Source: an uncultured virus (IMG/VR IMGVR_UViG_3300033075_000203) (taxonomy: Duplodnaviria; Heunggongvirae; Uroviricota; Caudoviricetes). Taken from it: a DNA stretch of 20,000 nucleotides. The position numbers were made by a program, and so were the translations under genes. The DNA lies in IMG/VR virus record IMGVR_UViG_3300033075_000203. One strand, written 5' to 3'. Under the pieces are notes generated by a model, which saw nothing but the letters and a program-made list of their open reading frames with translations, was not told the origin of the DNA and did not search any database. Shown piece by piece: positions 16,649-20,000 of the stretch (within the stretch, counting starts at the first letter, position 1; each line of letters starts with the position of its first letter).

Positions 16649-17058
16649 CGCTTCTTCGCCCGGTCGCGGATCAGCGCGAGTCTATCGATTCGTTGCTGTT
16701 GCTCCTTCGCGCGCGAGTAGCGATCGAGTCGACCTTTCGCGAGCGCGCGACTCGCGGAGACGGCGAGCCCGCGCGTCGGAGTGTTCGACGTCGCGCGGAT
16801 CTTGTCGAGGTGCTTGACGACCTTCTGCCGGTACGCGATCCGCGTCCATCGCTCGCGCATGCCCTCGGAGATCTTCTTCCTTACCTCGGGCGCGGCGAGA
16901 GCTCGTTTCGTCGCTTCGCCGACGCGGGCTTTGAACTCGGCCGTCGCTTTGGCCTTACGCTCGGCCTTACGCTCGGCGCAACGCTCGGGCGTCCAATACG
17001 CGCGCATCGCCGCGGCGTGCTGTGCTCGTCTCTCTTCGGTCCAACGTCGTTTACTCAT
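16645..17058 (-). CDS. Basic helical protein with a NUMOD3-like motif
   Basis: PEVRKKISEGMRERW; very Arg/Lys-rich; ATGA overlaps at both ends. Confidence 0.65.
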   Translation of the reverse strand: MSKRRWTEERRAQHAAAMRAYWTPERCAERKAERKAKATAEFKARVGEATKRALAAPEVRKKISEGMRERWTRIAYRQKVVKHLDKIRATSNTPTRGLAVSASRALAKGRLDRYSRAKEQQQRIDRLALIRDRAKKR

Positions 17059-17243
17059 CTCGCTACCTTCTTCCGCCGCTCGATGATCTCCGCTCTCCGC
17101 ACGAGCGACGGCACGATCACGGCGAGGATGTGCTGCTCCGCTGGAGTCAGCGCGCGGGGCGCCTCTTCGGACGTGCGGAGTTCGTGAAGCAGGATGGCGG
17201 CCGCTCGTCGCCATGCGGCGGCCTTGGTCGTGGTCGTGGTCAT
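17055..17243 (-). CDS. Hypothetical protein (62 aa)
   Basis: MTTTTTKAAAW...; GAGGAG RBS; ATGA overlaps at both ends. Confidence 0.55.
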   Translation of the reverse strand: MTTTTTKAAAWRRAAAILLHELRTSEEAPRALTPAEQHILAVIVPSLVRRAEIIERRKKVAR

Positions 17244-17845
17244 GCTGCATCTCTCCTCGCCGAGCGCGCCATCGCGATCAGCACCTCGGCGAACGCTGGC
17301 GGAGTGGCGGCCGCGGCGCGCTTTCCGACGCGCGGCCGGTCGGCGTGCCGCTTCGTTCGGTTGCCGCACCAACTGACCGTCGCCTGTACGTCGATATCCG
17401 CGACATGACCCCATCGCAGCGTCGGCAACTCGACGCCGCACGCATAGAGCCACGTCGCCTTTTTCGCGACGTGCCCATAGCGTCCCTGTTCGACGTAGCA
17501 CGTCCACCCGCCGATGAAGTCGGCCACCGACCAGCCCCCCCCGGTGGCGGGTGGCGTCAAGTCGTGCGCCGGCCATGCGGCCGAGTACGCCGGATGCTCG
17601 AGCACGCCGCCCCATCGGCGCACGCTCGCCAGCGCCGACGCGAAGCACCCGCCGTCGTCGCCGCGCCGGTGCCCCCATCGCGCCTCGACGAGCCCGGCGA
17701 GGCGACACCATCGCGTGCACGGCGGATGCGCTACGACCGGCCACGGCCCCGCGTAGAGCCGCGCGTCCCTCGCCTCGTCCCACACGTCCACGTCTGCGCG
17801 TCCGGCGTAGATGCCGCGGCCGTCGACGAAGAGGGCGGCGATCAC
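17240..17845 (-). CDS. Short phage C5 DNA cytosine methyltransferase-like protein
   Basis: AALFV (degenerate motif I), VVAHPPC (catalytic PC), VLEHP (ENV-like), YGH...K.TWL. GTGA overlap start at 17845. Confidence 0.65.
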   Translation of the reverse strand: MIAALFVDGRGIYAGRADVDVWDEARDARLYAGPWPVVAHPPCTRWCRLAGLVEARWGHRRGDDGGCFASALASVRRWGGVLEHPAYSAAWPAHDLTPPATGGGWSVADFIGGWTCYVEQGRYGHVAKKATWLYACGVELPTLRWGHVADIDVQATVSWCGNRTKRHADRPRVGKRAAAATPPAFAEVLIAMARSARRDAA

Positions 17846-18054
17846 GACACCGCCTCGCGCATCGTGGTCATAGCACCACAACGCTGACAGCGGCGGCGGG
17901 GGCCGCAGTAGTCAAAGCACTGCATATCCTCGATCGTCGCCGCCATCCCCGCCGCCGCGAGATTGGCGCCGAGGTTGAGGCGCCACGGCGGCTCATAGCC
18001 CGAACAGATGCACTCGACCGTCGCCCAGCAGCGACGGCAAATATACTCATTCAT
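17842..18054 (-). CDS. Hypothetical Cys-rich protein (70 aa)
   Basis: GGAGG RBS; CRRC, CIC, CFDYC, CQRC. Confidence 0.55.
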   Translation of the reverse strand: MNEYICRRCWATVECICSGYEPPWRLNLGANLAAAGMAATIEDMQCFDYCGPRRRCQRCGAMTTMREAVS

Positions 18055-18079
18055 CGTCGCCCCCTCCCATCGCCGGGCT

Positions 18080-18355
18080 TCATTTGGTCCCCCTGTTCGC
18101 GTCGAGCCACGCGCGGGCGCGGTCGTAGACATCGTTCCAGTCGATCGGGTCATCGCCGATCTTCCAGTTCAACAACTCGACGCCGGCCCCTCCTGGTCGC
18201 AGCGCGACCGCCTCCCCAACGACAGCCCACGCGCACCGCCAGCGGTCGGCGAAGATCGCGGAGTCGACGATTTCTTCATCCTCTGCACACTCTCCGCAGA
18301 TCTCCTCACTTGCATCGAACCACTGGAGACACGCTGCGCACTTGATTCGCGCCAT
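18080..18355 (-). CDS. Hypothetical protein with an N-terminal zinc ribbon (91 aa)
   Basis: AAGGAGG RBS, TGATG overlap; CAAC...CGEC. Confidence 0.6.
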   Translation of the reverse strand: MARIKCAACLQWFDASEEICGECAEDEEIVDSAIFADRWRCAWAVVGEAVALRPGGAGVELLNWKIGDDPIDWNDVYDRARAWLDANRGTK

Positions 18356-18555
18356 CACTCGCCCTCCTTCGCGGCGTCGAGCGCGTCGGCGAGGGCGTTG
18401 TGCCCGGCCCACCATCGCTCTTGGTCGCTGTAGTCAAACGCTACAGCGATGAACTTACGCGCCGCCTCGACCACCGCGTGCATGCGCTCGACCTCGGCGC
18501 GGAGGGCGTCGCGCTCCGTGACCAGCGCATTCCAGTCGAGCGATACGATAGCCAT
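18355..18555 (-). CDS. Hypothetical small protein, repeat-cassette family member
   Basis: MAIVSLDWNALVTERDALRAEVERMHAVVEAAR...ALDAAKEGE; AAGGAGG RBS. Confidence 0.7.
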   Translation of the reverse strand: MAIVSLDWNALVTERDALRAEVERMHAVVEAARKFIAVAFDYSDQERWWAGHNALADALDAAKEGE

Positions 18556-18588
18556 TACGTGTCCTCCTTCGCGGCGTCGAGCGCGTCG
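18363..18588. repeat. 26-bp direct repeat at gene 3' ends containing the next gene's RBS (18363-18388, 18563-18588)
   Basis: CCTCCTTCGCGGCGTCGAGCGCGTCG, identical in both; related variants near 18808 and 19050. Confidence 0.9.
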
Positions 18589-18797
18589 AGTAGCCGCCGG
18601 GCTGCGCCTCGCATCTGCGCCGCGCGCAACTCGGCGACGGCGCGCCAGTGGTAGCGATCCTGCTGCTCGACGTAGACGCGACCGGCGAGCGCGCGAATCA
18701 AGCGCGCGTGGGCGTCGTCGCGACCGGCGACGCGCGCAAGCGCCTCTAGGATCACATCGTCGCTGGCTTCGTCATCCTGCGGCTTTAGGGTGCTCAC
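18555..18797 (-). CDS. Hypothetical small protein sharing the C-terminal ALDAAKE cassette
   Basis: GTGA and TAATG overlaps; AAGGA RBS. Confidence 0.65.
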   Translation of the reverse strand: MSTLKPQDDEASDDVILEALARVAGRDDAHARLIRALAGRVYVEQQDRYHWRAVAELRAAQMRGAARRLLDALDAAKEDT

Positions 18798-19042
18798 TTT
18801 GCGCTATCCTTTCCGTCGAGCGCAGCTAGGGCAGCGGCAAGGGCAGCGTCGACTCGACACGCGCGGCATAGAGCACCGCTGCCGCTTGCGGCGCGGCATG
18901 GCACATACCGCGGCTCGTCTCTATCGCACGCGCTCTCGATTTCTCGCGCCGCCTCGACCACCGCGTGCATGCGCTCGACCTCGGCGCGGAGGGCGTCGCG
19001 CTCGGCAATTAGCGCGTTCCAGTCAAGCGATACGACGGCCAT
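18794..19042 (-). CDS. Hypothetical small protein, repeat-cassette family member
   Basis: MAVVSLDWNALIAERDALRAEVERMHAVVEAAR...ALDGKDSAK; AAGGAGG RBS. Confidence 0.7.
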   Translation of the reverse strand: MAVVSLDWNALIAERDALRAEVERMHAVVEAAREIESACDRDEPRYVPCRAASGSGALCRACRVDAALAAALAALDGKDSAK

Positions 19043-19341
19043 TCCTCGCCCTCCTTCCCGTCGAGCGCGGCGAGGGCGGCGTCGAGTTTGTCGCCGCTCT
19101 CCCATCCGGTCGTATCAACCCAGTCGTCGCACACGGTGCGAAACTCGCGCGCCGCCTCGACCACCGCCCGCATGCGCTCGACCTCGGCGCGGAGGGCGTC
19201 GCGCTCGGACAGGATGCGGTAGCGGTCTTGCTGCGTCGCGAGAAGCTGCGCCGCCAACTCTTCACGGCGCGCTCGCTCCTCGGTCGCCGCCTCGCACTTC
19301 TGCGACCATTCGCATTCGTTGCTCTGCACGAACTCACGCAT
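19009..19341 (-). CDS. Hypothetical small protein, repeat-cassette family member
   Basis: MREFVQ...AAQLLATQQDRYRILSERDALRAEVERMRAVVEAAR...ALDGKEGE; start is uncertain. Confidence 0.6.
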   Translation of the reverse strand: MREFVQSNECEWSQKCEAATEERARREELAAQLLATQQDRYRILSERDALRAEVERMRAVVEAAREFRTVCDDWVDTTGWESGDKLDAALAALDGKEGEEWPSYRLTGTR

Positions 19342-20000
19342 CCTCGTTGACTTCCGCCACGGGCCAGACCGACCCCCGCGGGGTGGCTCCCCATCTCCCG
19401 GTGTAGACTCGGTTCTGATCGAAATCGCGAGCCATTCTCCAGCGTCGCCGCAACTCGCCACACGGCTCATCGCGGCGTTCGCCGTTGCGAAAGAGCAACG
19501 TCGCCATCATTCCGAATCTCGCGGTCTCGTCATCGTCGTGGATGTCGCAGACCAGTGCCGAGCACCACAGAGGATTGCCGTCGCGTTCGCAGTTCAGGCA
19601 GTCGTCCGGATGCACGATCATCCCGACCTGCACGAAGGGCACTTGTCTCCCGGCGATGATGATGTCCGATTCGTCGTCTTCGCTCGTGGTGTCGGCTTTG
19701 GAGCACGACGCGCGTGACTGGTCGCAGTCCGACTCGATGCGACCGCACGCACAGAATCTCGGGCCAGGCACGTAGACGAACCCGTAGCCATCGGGCGTGA
19801 CGAGCATGCGATCGGCAGCCCGCGCGATGGCGATCTGTGTCGCCGTCATGGCGGCAGACGAAACGATCGATCCTCCCGTCATTGCAGTTCGACGCAGGAA
19901 AGCCCACGCTTCATCCCGCTCCCTCGCCGCCGCGGCCATCTCGTCCCGCTCCATCAGGATACGGTGGCGGTCCTGCTGCGTCGCGAGAAGCTGCGCCGCC
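19210..20000. repeat. 46-bp direct repeat (19210-19255, 19955-20000)
   Basis: Encodes AAQLLATQQDR(Y/H)RIL; 3 mismatches; second copy runs off the window. Confidence 0.9.
19334..19999 (-). CDS. Hypothetical protein, 5'-truncated
   Basis: Frame is open to the window edge (AAQLLATQQDRHRILMERDEM...); contains Cys clusters. Confidence 0.55.
   Translation of the reverse strand, partial: AAQLLATQQDRHRILMERDEMAAAARERDEAWAFLRRTAMTGGSIVSSAAMTATQIAIARAADRMLVTPDGYGFVYVPGPRFCACGRIESDCDQSRASCSKADTTSEDDESDIIIAGRQVPFVQVGMIVHPDDCLNCERDGNPLWCSALVCDIHDDDETARFGMMATLLFRNGERRDEPCGELRRRWRMARDFDQNRVYTGRWGATPRGSVWPVAEVNEDA

Larger units (their letters stand above)
18458..19206. repeat. Three copies of a 59-bp direct repeat (18458-18516, 18945-19003, 19148-19206)
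   Basis: CGCGCCGCCTCGACCACCGCGTGCATGCGCTCGACCTCGGCGCGGAGGGCGTCGCGCTC; copies 1 and 2 identical, copy 3 has 2 mismatches. Confidence 0.95.

Noticed and set aside
16645..17058. Free-standing homing endonuclease
   Set aside because: Only a NUMOD3-like motif is present; no HNH or GIY-YIG catalytic domain is visible.
18355..20000. CRISPR array or DGR template/variable repeats
   Set aside because: The repeats are in-frame coding, irregularly spaced and of different types. Mismatches are not adenine-specific and no reverse transcriptase or cas operon is present.

Overview
A GC-rich bacteriophage or prophage segment with two convergent gene blocks meeting at about 6826-6829. Plus strand (late/lysis side): the 3' end of a collagen-like Gly-X-Y protein, then a translationally coupled five-gene nucleotide-sugar operon (cupin, NDP-sugar C-methyltransferase, UDP-glucuronate decarboxylase-like SDR, TagD-like cytidylyltransferase, Gfo/Idh/MocA oxidoreductase), then a lysis cassette (membrane protein, M15 peptidase endolysin, holin-like protein, lipoprotein). 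Minus strand (early/replication side): small genes built from repeated DNA cassettes, a short C5 DNA methyltransferase-like gene, a Cas4/PD-(D/E)XK nuclease, a DHH phosphoesterase, an SF2 helicase, a putative SSB, a family A DNA polymerase with a Gln-terminated LAGLIDADG intein, a RuvC-like resolvase, an HTH protein and a stand-alone sigma-70 region 4 protein of a type I recall from myxobacteria, which hints at the host. The best candidate for a new system is phage-encoded synthesis of a branched (C-methylated) sugar, possibly to glycosylate the Thr-rich collagen fibre. Other notable signals are a 54-nt tRNA-like mini-structure just upstream of the polymerase, shuffled small-gene cassettes, and repeated leaderless-type promoters with 18-bp spacers. 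All calls come from motif recognition only; no searches were run.
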